NCBI GenBank assembly: GCA_003597995.1
Contig: QZJY01000070.1
Span: 2,081-66,080, forward strand
DNA: 64,000 nucleotides
Source of the DNA: Dehalococcoidia bacterium
GTDB taxonomy: Bacteria; Chloroflexota; Dehalococcoidia; Dehalococcoidales; UBA1222
Direction of reading: 5' to 3'
Of this stretch, positions 7,253-17,215 are shown in pieces. The notes under the pieces were generated by a model, which searched no databases, was not told where the DNA came from, and saw only the letters and a program-made list of their open reading frames with translations. Positions within the stretch are counted from its first letter, which is position 1. Every line of letters starts with the position of its first letter. Made by a program: the position numbers and the translations under genes.

Positions 7253-8893
7253 ATGAAGGCAGCTTTGTACGCTAGGGTATCATCTGACGCCCAGGATACG
7301 GTATTATCCCTTTCGGCCCAGCTACGGGCCTTAAGGGAATATGCGCAAAAGAACGGCTATGAGGTAGCCCAAGAGTTTGTGGATGAGGCGGAGAGTGGGC
7401 GCTCTACCGACCGTCCGGCCTTTAAAGAGATGATCGCCTTCGCTAGAGCCAAACACCTACCCTTTGAAGCCATCCTTGTCTGGAAGCTGAACCGCTTTGC
7501 TAGGAGTAGGGCTGATTCTGTAACCTACAAAATGCTCCTAAAGAAACAGGGTATCACGGTCATCTCCATAAACGAGCCCGTGGATGATTCACCGACCGGG
7601 CATCTTCTGGAAGGTATCATCGAGTCGATTGATGAGTTTTACTCTTCGAATATGGGCCAGGACATCATGCGCGGTATGAGGGAGAATGCCCAGCGGGGTT
7701 TCTTCAACGGTTCAAGACCGCCCTATGGCCTACGCCGGGTGCCCTTTCAGGACGGTGCTAAGACGAGAAATAAGTTAGAACCTGACAAAGAGGATGCTGA
7801 ATCGGTACAGACAGTTCGACGCATGTTTGGCATGGCTATGAAAGACATAGGCTGTAAGGAAATCGCTAAAGCTCTCAATCGCGAGGGCATCAAGACCTCT
7901 ACCGGGCAACTCTGGGGCAAAACAACGGTATATAAGGTGCTGACCAATGAGGCATACTGTGGCACCCTTGTCTGGGGTGACCGTGTAGGGCACTTAGCGG
8001 CCAAAGGCAGCTGCCGTCCGGTGAGGGTCGAGAATGCATGGCCAGCCATCATCGACAAAGAGACTTTTATTGAGCTTCAGAGAAGGATGACGCTTAAAAG
8101 GCCTAATACCACTCATCCCCGAACTGTACCCAGCTTCTATCTATTGAGTGGGTTTCTCTTCTGTTCTTGTGGCCACGCCATGATCGGCCGCAGTGCCAAG
8201 TCCCACCAGTACTACTACTACATGTGCAACGAAGGTTTAAAGAAGGGGAATGATGCTTGTGGTGCCAGAGCCCTTCCCAAGGACAAGCTAGAGCAACTGG
8301 TTATCGACCAGGTCAAGAACAAGATACTAGATCAGGAGTCGTTGGAGAAATTGGTTGAACTTGTGAACCAGGAGCTTGATTCAAGCCATGATGTGCTCCG
8401 AGACAGGCTAGATGCCTTCGATGCCGAGTTGAATGATGTTAGAACTAGATTATCAAAGCTGTACGATGCTCTCGAAACGGGGAGGATTAGCTTGGAAGAC
8501 TTAGCTCCACGAATTAGAGAGTTGCGCCTGCGCCAAGATGAAATAAGCAAGAAAAGACTGGAAACGGAGGTTGAAGGAGTTGCCCAGGGAGTGAAGCAAG
8601 TGGATGCTAAAACCATTCAATCCTACGCTGAGGACCTGAAGATACTTCTCGAACAAGCCAACATCGCCGAGAGTAAGGCTTTCCTCCGCTCGTTTATCAA
8701 ACGAGTTGAGGTGGATGGAGACCAGGCATCCATCTTTTACAATCTGCCAATTCCGTCCAACGGAGAGAATAGGTCAGCAACAGTTCTGCCTATGGTTACC
8801 TTTGGTGGAGCCGGGGGGATTCGAACCCCCTACCTTTTGACTGCCAGTCAAACGTTCTCCCGAGTGAACTACGGCCCCAAAAGACAGAACTAA
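7253..8893 (+). CDS. Large serine recombinase (integrase)
   Basis: N-terminus MKAALYARVSSDAQ (resolvase catalytic Ser), recombinase domain, Cys-rich zinc-ribbon region (CSCGH...YYYYMCNEG..DAC) and a coiled-coil. The last ~30 codons run antisense through tRNA-Ala. Confidence 0.85.
   Translation: MKAALYARVSSDAQDTVLSLSAQLRALREYAQKNGYEVAQEFVDEAESGRSTDRPAFKEMIAFARAKHLPFEAILVWKLNRFARSRADSVTYKMLLKKQGITVISINEPVDDSPTGHLLEGIIESIDEFYSSNMGQDIMRGMRENAQRGFFNGSRPPYGLRRVPFQDGAKTRNKLEPDKEDAESVQTVRRMFGMAMKDIGCKEIAKALNREGIKTSTGQLWGKTTVYKVLTNEAYCGTLVWGDRVGHLAAKGSCRPVRVENAWPAIIDKETFIELQRRMTLKRPNTTHPRTVPSFYLLSGFLFCSCGHAMIGRSAKSHQYYYYMCNEGLKKGNDACGARALPKDKLEQLVIDQVKNKILDQESLEKLVELVNQELDSSHDVLRDRLDAFDAELNDVRTRLSKLYDALETGRISLEDLAPRIRELRLRQDEISKKRLETEVEGVAQGVKQVDAKTIQSYAEDLKILLEQANIAESKAFLRSFIKRVEVDGDQASIFYNLPIPSNGENRSATVLPMVTFGGAGGIRTPYLLTASQTFSRVNYGPKRQN
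8803..8878 (-). tRNA. tRNA-Ala (anticodon GGC), 76 nt with encoded CCA
   Basis: Manual cloverleaf. Acceptor GGGGCCG/CGGCUCC includes G3:U70. D stem GUUC/GAAC. Anticodon stem UUUGA/UCAAA with loop CUGGCAG. T arm GGGGG-UUCGAAU-CCCCC. Ends ACCA. Confidence 0.9.
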
Positions 8894-8921
8894 ATTTAAC
8901 ACAAATTGGCCTGGCTTGCAA
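8893..8921 (-). promoter_or_regulatory. Candidate promoter for tRNA-Ala (TTGCAA-17 nt-TAAATT on minus strand)
   Basis: -35 at 8921..8916 and -10 at 8898..8893. The tRNA 5' end lies 14 nt downstream of the -10. Confidence 0.45.
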
Positions 8922-9029
8922 GGTTGATTGCATCAAAGCCTGATGCCCTGAAGCGTCACGGATAGTTGAATGCGGCTCGCCGATGTCCTATACTTTTGTT
9001 GGCAATCCCGTCAAGGAGGTAAGCCTCAG

Positions 9030-9242
9030 ATGACCAAGGCACTTAAAGAATTGATTATCGTTTTTCTGGTTGGAGCGGGGACGCTTACCCTCCTGTGGGG
9101 ATTTCTCTACCAGAAAAACACGTCCATCGTACCCGGCCAGGTAACGACGGTCAGCCAAATCATGTGGAGCGCTGTAGGAGCGGGGGCCGGCCTCATTGTC
9201 GTGGGGGCTTTACTGGGGTTCTTTCTCAAGCCAGCCAAATAG
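9030..9242 (+). CDS. Small two-TM membrane protein (70 aa)
   Basis: AAGGAGG at 9013-9019 precedes the ATG at 9030. Two hydrophobic helices. Confidence 0.55.
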   Translation: MTKALKELIIVFLVGAGTLTLLWGFLYQKNTSIVPGQVTTVSQIMWSAVGAGAGLIVVGALLGFFLKPAK

Positions 9243-10727
9243 CTAGCGCTTGACCTTCCACGCTGTGCCGCCGACGGCATCCTCAATAATGATGCCTATG
9301 GACTCCAGTCGCTTGCGAATATCGTCAGCCTGCTGGTATTGCTTAGCGTTACGAAGCAGATGGCGAGCCGTTATAGTCCCGCTTATGTTCTCCGTTATTT
9401 CCTCATCATTGATATCAGAGTCGTGAAGCCCGGACTCAATTTCTGGAAGAAGGTTCTCGAATTTAGTCCAAGCAGCTTCGGTTATGGTCTGGCTGGCTGT
9501 CTCCGGCGAAGGTTTCGGCACGAATCCAGCCAGTTCGGATTTCGATAAACTCAACCCCAGCACCCCGCCAAGCTCTTTGAGCAGCTCCTGTCCGGCGGAG
9601 ACATCATAACCCTCATCCCGCAGGCGGTTTAGCTCGCGTATCATATCGAAAAGCAAGGCCAGCGCCTGGGGGGTATTGAAGTCGTCGTCCATCGCCTCTA
9701 TGAAGCGCTGGCGGTAAGAGATGGGGTCGAAGTCCCCCTTTTTCCCTCCAGACGTGCTCGACTCAAGGGCCTGGCGCAGCCTGTCGGCGCCTTTTTCCGC
9801 TGCCTCCAGCGCTTCTGGCGTGTAGGTCAGCGGGCTGCGGTAGTGCGAGCCCAGCACGAAGATGCGGATGGCGTCGCTGGAGTACTTCGCCAGAGCCTCC
9901 TTGATGCTGATGATGTTGCCCAGGCTTTTGCTCATTTTCTCTTCGCCGAGCCGCAGCAGGCCATTGTGCATCCAGTATTTAACGAAGGGCTTCTTACCGG
10001 TAAAGGCCTCCGACTGGGCGATTTCGTTCTCGTGGTGCGGGAAGATGAGGTCCGCACCGCCCCCGTGTATGTCCAGCGTCTCACCCAGGTATTTGAGCGT
10101 CATGGCGCTGCACTCGATGTGCCAGCCCGGCCTGCCTTCTCCCCAGGGGCTGTCCCAGGCGGGCTCGCCCGGTTTGGCCGCCTTCCACATGACGAAATCC
10201 ATGGGGTTTTCTTTTTCATCGCCCGGCTCGATGCGCGCTCCGGCCATCATCTGGTCGAGCGTGCGGTGCGCCAGTTTGCCGTAGTCGTCCAGTTTGGTGA
10301 CGCGGAAATAAACGCTGCCCCCGGCGGGATAGGCGTAGCCTTTGTCCACTAACCCCTGCACTATCTCTATTATCTTGGGTACTTCCTGGGTGGCGCGGGG
10401 GTACAGATCCATGCGGCTGACGTTGAGGGCGTCCATGTCGCGCATAAACTCGGCCATGTTCTTCTCGGCCAGCTCGGAGATGCTCACGCCCAGCGCGGCG
10501 GCCTTGTTGATTATCTTGTCGTCGATATCGGTGAAATTTTGAACGGCCTTGACCTTATAGCCGCGGAACTTGAGGTAGCGGCGGATGGCGTCGAAGTTGA
10601 TATAGCTCATGGCATGGCCGATGTGCGCCTCGGACTGCGGCGTGATGCCGCAGACGTACATCTTGACCTCGTCGCCCTGGGGGATGAACTCCTCTTTTTG
10701 GCCGGAGAGGGTGCTGGTGATTTTCAT
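9243..10727 (-). CDS. cysS: Cysteine--tRNA ligase
   Basis: Class I signatures HIGHAMSY and KMSKS, with a CysRS-like overall pattern. Confidence 0.92.
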   Translation of the reverse strand: MKITSTLSGQKEEFIPQGDEVKMYVCGITPQSEAHIGHAMSYINFDAIRRYLKFRGYKVKAVQNFTDIDDKIINKAAALGVSISELAEKNMAEFMRDMDALNVSRMDLYPRATQEVPKIIEIVQGLVDKGYAYPAGGSVYFRVTKLDDYGKLAHRTLDQMMAGARIEPGDEKENPMDFVMWKAAKPGEPAWDSPWGEGRPGWHIECSAMTLKYLGETLDIHGGGADLIFPHHENEIAQSEAFTGKKPFVKYWMHNGLLRLGEEKMSKSLGNIISIKEALAKYSSDAIRIFVLGSHYRSPLTYTPEALEAAEKGADRLRQALESSTSGGKKGDFDPISYRQRFIEAMDDDFNTPQALALLFDMIRELNRLRDEGYDVSAGQELLKELGGVLGLSLSKSELAGFVPKPSPETASQTITEAAWTKFENLLPEIESGLHDSDINDEEITENISGTITARHLLRNAKQYQQADDIRKRLESIGIIIEDAVGGTAWKVKR

Positions 10728-10736
10728 TTGAAGGTT

Positions 10737-10745
10737 ATTATATCA
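10737..10745 (-). promoter_or_regulatory. Extended -10 promoter TGATATAAT for cysS; would give a near-leaderless mRNA
   Basis: Minus strand reads CCTGATATAATAACCTTCAAATG. There are 9 nt between the -10 and the ATG and no SD. Confidence 0.45.
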
Positions 10746-10806
10746 GGATGGGGTGGAAAAAGGCGATATGCGTGCCACTCCTCCTCCTTGAGGAACTACC
10801 CCTCAC

Positions 10807-10832
10807 TCCTTCGACAAGCTCAGGACAAGTTC
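10807..10832. repeat. REP family D copy (TCCTTCGRCARGCTCAGGACARG)
   Basis: Near-identical copy at 57521-57546. Confidence 0.7.
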
Positions 10833-10867
10833 TTATCTCTCCCCCAAGGGGCGAGAGGAAAGAAGGG

Positions 10868-10901
10868 GATTGCCACGCTCACTTCGCTCGCTCGCAATGA
10901 C
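10868..10901. repeat. REP family A copy (GATTGCC...hairpin...CGCAATGAC)
   Basis: Shares conserved ends with the copies at 14293-14337, 14390-14417, 23829-23852 and 32111-32145. Confidence 0.7.
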
Positions 10902-11334
10902 ACGCTTTTCATCCTGATTCTTCAAGGGAGCAGCCACGGCCATTCGTTTTCGTTTTTTATGGGGGCTTTTTTTCCGGAAACGACTGAATCCAGTTTTAGC
11001 TTTGGTCTGCGACAACCCAGGCACGAGGGTCGTCTCCTTGAAATGACGATTGGTTTTTCCTTTAGCTTTGATTCGTTTTTTTGACGCCGCGCATGAAATG
11101 TTCGTTAGCGGTTTTTCGTTCCAGCGCCCACGCATGGAAATTGGTATCCAAACCGAAGTTTTCGGTACTCGTTCCGTGTTTTCAGGCACTGCGAAAAACG
11201 AATGGGATTCGAATAAAGGGGCTCTTAATTTGTTAAGGGACGGGGGAAGAAATATGTTAGCATGCAGAGACGAAAAAGGACATAGATAATTGTCATGTCT
11301 TTACCGGAGGACATGGCGCGTTGTGTTTTGTTGC

Positions 11335-11359
11335 GGGCGAGGCATGCCTCGCCCCTACA
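11335..11359. repeat. REP family B copy (GGGCGAGGCATGCCTCGCCCCTACA)
   Basis: Identical copy at 12691-12715. Variants at 12658-12681, 23863-23887 and 35712-35737. Confidence 0.85.
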
Positions 11360-11451
11360 TCGGCGGGCAAGGAGCCGTGGCTCTGCGTAACACAAGAGAG
11401 GTGGGGGAAAATCCCCTTTAATCCCCCTTTCGCCAAAGGGGGGGAACTCAT

Positions 11452-11925
11452 TTACGCTTTCTCAATGGCCGCTATCGCCCAGGCAACCATGCCCTCCTCG
11501 CGGCCCACGAAGCCCAGTTGTTCCGAGGTGCTGGCCTGAATGCCGATGTCGCCAACCGGGCATCCGAGAGCTCCCGCTATCGCAGCGCGCATGGCGTCGA
11601 TATGCGGGGCGAGTTTGGGCTGCTCAGCCACGATGGTAGCATCGACATTTCCGACTTTATAACCTGCCTTCTTGAGCATCTGGCCGACTTTGCCAAGCAG
11701 GATGAGGCTCGAAACACCTTTATACTGCGGGTCGCCAGGCGGGAAGTGCCTGCCGATGTCTCCCAGCGCCGCCGCCCCCAGCAGGGCATCCATGACGGCG
11801 TGGGTAAGCACGTCGGCGTCACTCCAGCCGATGAGGCCCTGATGGTGGGGAATCTTGACGCCGCCTAAAACCAGCGGCACAGCAGGGGCCAGACGGTGGA
11901 CGTCGTAACCCAGACCGATACGCAT
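11452..11925 (-). CDS. ispF: 2-C-methyl-D-erythritol 2,4-cyclodiphosphate synthase
   Basis: MRIGLGYDVHRL..., HSDADVLTHA-like segment, 157 aa, adjacent to ispD. Confidence 0.9.
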   Translation of the reverse strand: MRIGLGYDVHRLAPAVPLVLGGVKIPHHQGLIGWSDADVLTHAVMDALLGAAALGDIGRHFPPGDPQYKGVSSLILLGKVGQMLKKAGYKVGNVDATIVAEQPKLAPHIDAMRAAIAGALGCPVGDIGIQASTSEQLGFVGREEGMVAWAIAAIEKA

Positions 11926-11926
11926 G

Positions 11927-12613
11927 TTAGCCCTCCTTCCTCAGCCACAGGGCTTCGACCAGATTCAAGTCGGCCGGCGTGGTCAACTTGATATTGTCAT
12001 AAGCACCCATATAGAGCTTGACGCGAATTCCGATGGCTTCCACCAGCGCGGCGTCGTCGGTGACGTCGCCCGACGCTTTATCATATCCCTCTTTAATTAT
12101 ATCAAAACGAAAAACCTGCGGCGTCTGCACGGCCCACAGGCGCGAGCGGTTTAGCGTCTCCTTGACATAACCGCCTTCATCCACCAGCTTGACGGTGTCG
12201 ATTACGGGCACGGCGGCTACAGCCGCGCCGGTCTCCTGGGCGGCCTCCAGTCCCCTGGTGATGAGTTCCGCCCCGACCAGAGGGCGGGCGCCGTCGTGGA
12301 TGACCACCCACTTGCAGGCCGGCAGGGTTTTAAGGCCGGATTCAACCGAGTCCTGACGGCGTACTCCACCCGGAACGACCTTCGCCAGTTTGGACAGGTT
12401 TTTGCCGGCGAGCAGGTGCTTGCCACGCGCCACGTTGTCCTGATTGAGCACGATAACGAAGTAGTCGATGTAGGGGGAATCCTCAAAAACGCGGGCAACG
12501 CGCTCCAGAACGGAGGTGCCGCCCAGAGGGGCGAATATCTTGTCGATGCCCCCCATGCGCTCCCCGCGTCCGGCGGCTACGATTATGGCGCCGACTTTTT
12601 GAGACTTAAACAT
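11927..12613 (-). CDS. ispD: 2-C-methyl-D-erythritol 4-phosphate cytidylyltransferase
   Basis: AIIVAAGRGERMG motif, 228 aa, ispD-ispF synteny. Confidence 0.88.
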   Translation of the reverse strand: MFKSQKVGAIIVAAGRGERMGGIDKIFAPLGGTSVLERVARVFEDSPYIDYFVIVLNQDNVARGKHLLAGKNLSKLAKVVPGGVRRQDSVESGLKTLPACKWVVIHDGARPLVGAELITRGLEAAQETGAAVAAVPVIDTVKLVDEGGYVKETLNRSRLWAVQTPQVFRFDIIKEGYDKASGDVTDDAALVEAIGIRVKLYMGAYDNIKLTTPADLNLVEALWLRKEG

Positions 12614-12657
12614 TGTCTGTCATATTCCTATAGCTCGACTTCGCCCGGGGGACAAGC

Positions 12658-12681
12658 GGGCACAGCATGCTGTGCCCCTAC
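12658..12681. repeat. REP family B variant (GGGCACAGCATGCTGTGCCCCTAC)
   Basis: Palindrome followed by CCCCTAC, as in the other B copies. Confidence 0.75.
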
Positions 12682-12690
12682 TTTTTTTTT

Positions 12691-12715
12691 GGGCGAGGCA
12701 TGCCTCGCCCCTACA
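12691..12715. repeat. REP family B copy
   Basis: Identical to 11335-11359. Confidence 0.85.
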
Positions 12716-12724
12716 AAATCCATT

Positions 12725-12763
12725 TCCTCTCCATTGCGGGGAGAGGATGAAAGGTGAGGGTGG
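12725..12763. repeat. REP family C copy (TCCTCTCC-loop-GGAGAGGA..AAGGTGAGGGTGG)
   Basis: Same architecture at 57710-57748 and 57396-57431, and inverted at 40467-40503. Confidence 0.75.
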
Positions 12764-14155
12764 CTACCCATTTTCCTCTCCCTGAATTTTCTCTTTCCCC
12801 ACCAGCCCCAGCCTCACCGCCTCGCGCAGGGTGCTTACGGGCACGGGTTCGATGTCAGTAACATGTAAGTTGCGCATGCCGGAGCGCGGAACAAGGCATT
12901 TTTTGAAACCAAGTCGGGCGGCCTCGGCCAAACGTCTTTCGAGCTGTGGCACTGCCCTGATTTCTCCCGACAGCCCCACCTCGCCCACCGCCGCCATCTC
13001 GGCATCCACAGGCTGGTCTTTGAAGCTGGAAACTATAGCGAGGGCAATGGCCAGGTCGGCGGCGGGCTCGTCTATCTGTATGCCGCCGGTGACGTTGACG
13101 ATGATGTCCTGGTTGCTCAGCCTGAGTCCCAGCCTACGGCTGAGCACGGCGGTGATGAGCAACAACCTGCCAAAATCCACGCCGTTGGCGGTGCGGCGGG
13201 GTAGGCCAAAGCTGGTTAAGCTCGTCAGCGCCTGCACAACAACAAGCAGGGGTCTACTGCCCTCCAGAGTCGCGGTGACTACTGAGCCGATGGAATCGCC
13301 CTGGCGCTGCGATAAAAAGAGTTGGGAAGGATTGTCCACCTCTACCAATCCCTTTTCCTTCATCTCGAAGATGCCCACCTCGTTGGTAGAGCCGAAGCGG
13401 TTTTTGACAGCCCTCAGTAGGCGATAGGAACTGAAGGGCTCGCCCTCGAAGTAGAGCACGGAATCAACAATGTGCTCCAGCACGCGCGGCCCGGCGATAG
13501 CACCGTCTTTGGTGACGTGGCCGGTGATGAAAACGGGCGTCTGGGTCTGCTTAGCCCAGCGCATAAGCCGGAGGGTGCATTCGCGCACCTGAGTGATGCT
13601 GCCGGAGGAGGTATCCAATTCCGGCAGAAAGACGGACTGGATGGAGTCCACGATTGCCAAGCAGGGCTTGAGCCTGTCGAGGTGCTCGATGATGCTGTCG
13701 AGGTTGGTCTCGGCGAGGAGATATAATCGCTCGCCGGATATGCTCAGTCGTTTGGCTCGGAGTCTGGTCTGGTGCAGCGTTTCCTCGCCGCTGACATAGG
13801 CTACGGTACCTCTTGTCGATGCCAAGTGAGAGGCCACCTGTAAAAGAAGGGTGGATTTGCCTATGCCGGGTTCTCCGCCGATGAGCACCAGCGAACCGGG
13901 GACCAGCCCGCCGCCCAGCACGCGGGAAAGCTCGGCGATGTCCACCGCCCAGCGCTCCTCGGTTGTCACTTCTACTTTGGATAGTTCCTGGGGGATGCTG
14001 AGGGGGGCTGAAGCCGCCATCTGATTGCTGGACACCGCCTTGATGGTCTGTTCGGCAAAGCTGTTCCACGCGGAGCAGGCGGGGCACTGTCCCATCCAGC
14101 GCAGGCTTTCCTTGCCGCATTCTTTGCATACGAAGACGATTTTTGATTTAGCCAC
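12764..14155 (-). CDS. radA: DNA repair protein RadA
   Basis: N-terminal zinc finger CKECG...CPAC, Walker A GEPGIGKST, KNRFG motif and a Lon-like C-terminal domain. Confidence 0.92.
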   Translation of the reverse strand: MAKSKIVFVCKECGKESLRWMGQCPACSAWNSFAEQTIKAVSSNQMAASAPLSIPQELSKVEVTTEERWAVDIAELSRVLGGGLVPGSLVLIGGEPGIGKSTLLLQVASHLASTRGTVAYVSGEETLHQTRLRAKRLSISGERLYLLAETNLDSIIEHLDRLKPCLAIVDSIQSVFLPELDTSSGSITQVRECTLRLMRWAKQTQTPVFITGHVTKDGAIAGPRVLEHIVDSVLYFEGEPFSSYRLLRAVKNRFGSTNEVGIFEMKEKGLVEVDNPSQLFLSQRQGDSIGSVVTATLEGSRPLLVVVQALTSLTSFGLPRRTANGVDFGRLLLITAVLSRRLGLRLSNQDIIVNVTGGIQIDEPAADLAIALAIVSSFKDQPVDAEMAAVGEVGLSGEIRAVPQLERRLAEAARLGFKKCLVPRSGMRNLHVTDIEPVPVSTLREAVRLGLVGKEKIQGEENG

Positions 14156-14196
14156 GTGTTGACTTTAGCCGATTTAAGCATGGAACGCAAGGTCTT

Positions 14197-14229
14197 AAAT
14201 ACGAAATCCGAATATCGAAATACGAAATA
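14197..14229. repeat. AT-rich AAATACGAAAT-type repeat (family E)
   Basis: AAATACGAAATCCGAATATCGAAATACGAAATA. A related AT-rich tract follows proC (41409-41500). Confidence 0.55.
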
Positions 14230-14292
14230 GATGGAGAAGGAAGAGTGTTATTATCGCTTTGGTATTTCCAAATGGAAGGAAGAAATGTCCGG

Positions 14293-14337
14293 GATTGCCA
14301 CGTCGTCCCGCCACGGCGGGCGGACTCCTTGCAATGG
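14293..14337. repeat. REP family A copy
   Basis: GATTGCCACG...CCGCCACGGCGGGCGG...CTTGCAATGG. Confidence 0.7.
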
Positions 14338-14389
14338 TAAAAACATAGAATTGATTATGCCGTCAGACTATTCGGTAGAGATTGCTTCG

Positions 14390-14417
14390 TCCCGACGGTA
14401 TCGGGACTCGCAACGAC
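14390..14417. repeat. REP family A copy
   Basis: GATTGCTTCGTCCCGACGGTATCGGGACTCGCAACGAC. Confidence 0.7.
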
Positions 14418-14484
14418 GTCATAAGAAAAAGAGAGGGAGCGAAAGCTCCCTCTCTTCTATATTCTATCTAAGTCTAACTTAGGA

Positions 14485-16968
<2,484 letters not shown>

Positions 16969-17014
16969 ATATCTACCTCACAGGGGGCTGCGATTGGCAT
17001 CACAGATACAATGT

Positions 17015-17043
17015 ATTATACGTCAACTTTGCTCAGGCGTCAA
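17015..17043 (-). promoter_or_regulatory. Candidate clpC promoter TTGACG-17 nt-TATAAT (minus strand)
   Basis: -35 at 17043..17038 and -10 at 17020..17015, about 45 nt upstream of the clpC ATG. Confidence 0.55.
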
Positions 17044-17215
17044 AGCTCAAACCTCATAAAATCTACTATGGAATTAAAGATTGCCGCGTGCGCCATAGGC
17101 TGAGAAGGAAGAATATCATATTTTTCCCATCCCGGGCCTGTCTCAGCAGGTGTTATGACCATTAGTACTTTTAGTACTTGTTTTAACCCCAAATAGCTAT
17201 TATAATGAAAAACGC

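Larger units (their letters stand above)
1..8802. mobile_element. Right-hand portion of an integrated mobile element (left end is outside the window), abutting the 3' end of tRNA-Ala
   Basis: Carries a serine and a tyrosine recombinase, a DnaN-like clamp, a P-loop NTPase, a sigma-like gene and long non-coding stretches. It ends at the 3' end of a tRNA gene, the classic integration site. No second copy of the tRNA 3' end was noticed within the window. Confidence 0.6.

Noticed and set aside
10539-11539. Several 70-180-aa ORFs in the cysS-ispF spacer (10539..11084, 10833..11189, 11050..11289, 11321..11539).
   Set aside because: They are stitched together from REP-family palindromes and T/G-rich filler. 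They lack RBSs and translate to low-complexity basic peptides, so they are treated as non-coding.
17021-17043. Direct repeat CGTCAA..(11 nt)..CGTCAA upstream of clpC, considered as a CtsR operator.
   Set aside because: The CtsR consensus is a tandem RGTCAAA heptad separated by 3 nt. Here the spacing is 11 nt and one copy simply coincides with the -35 box.
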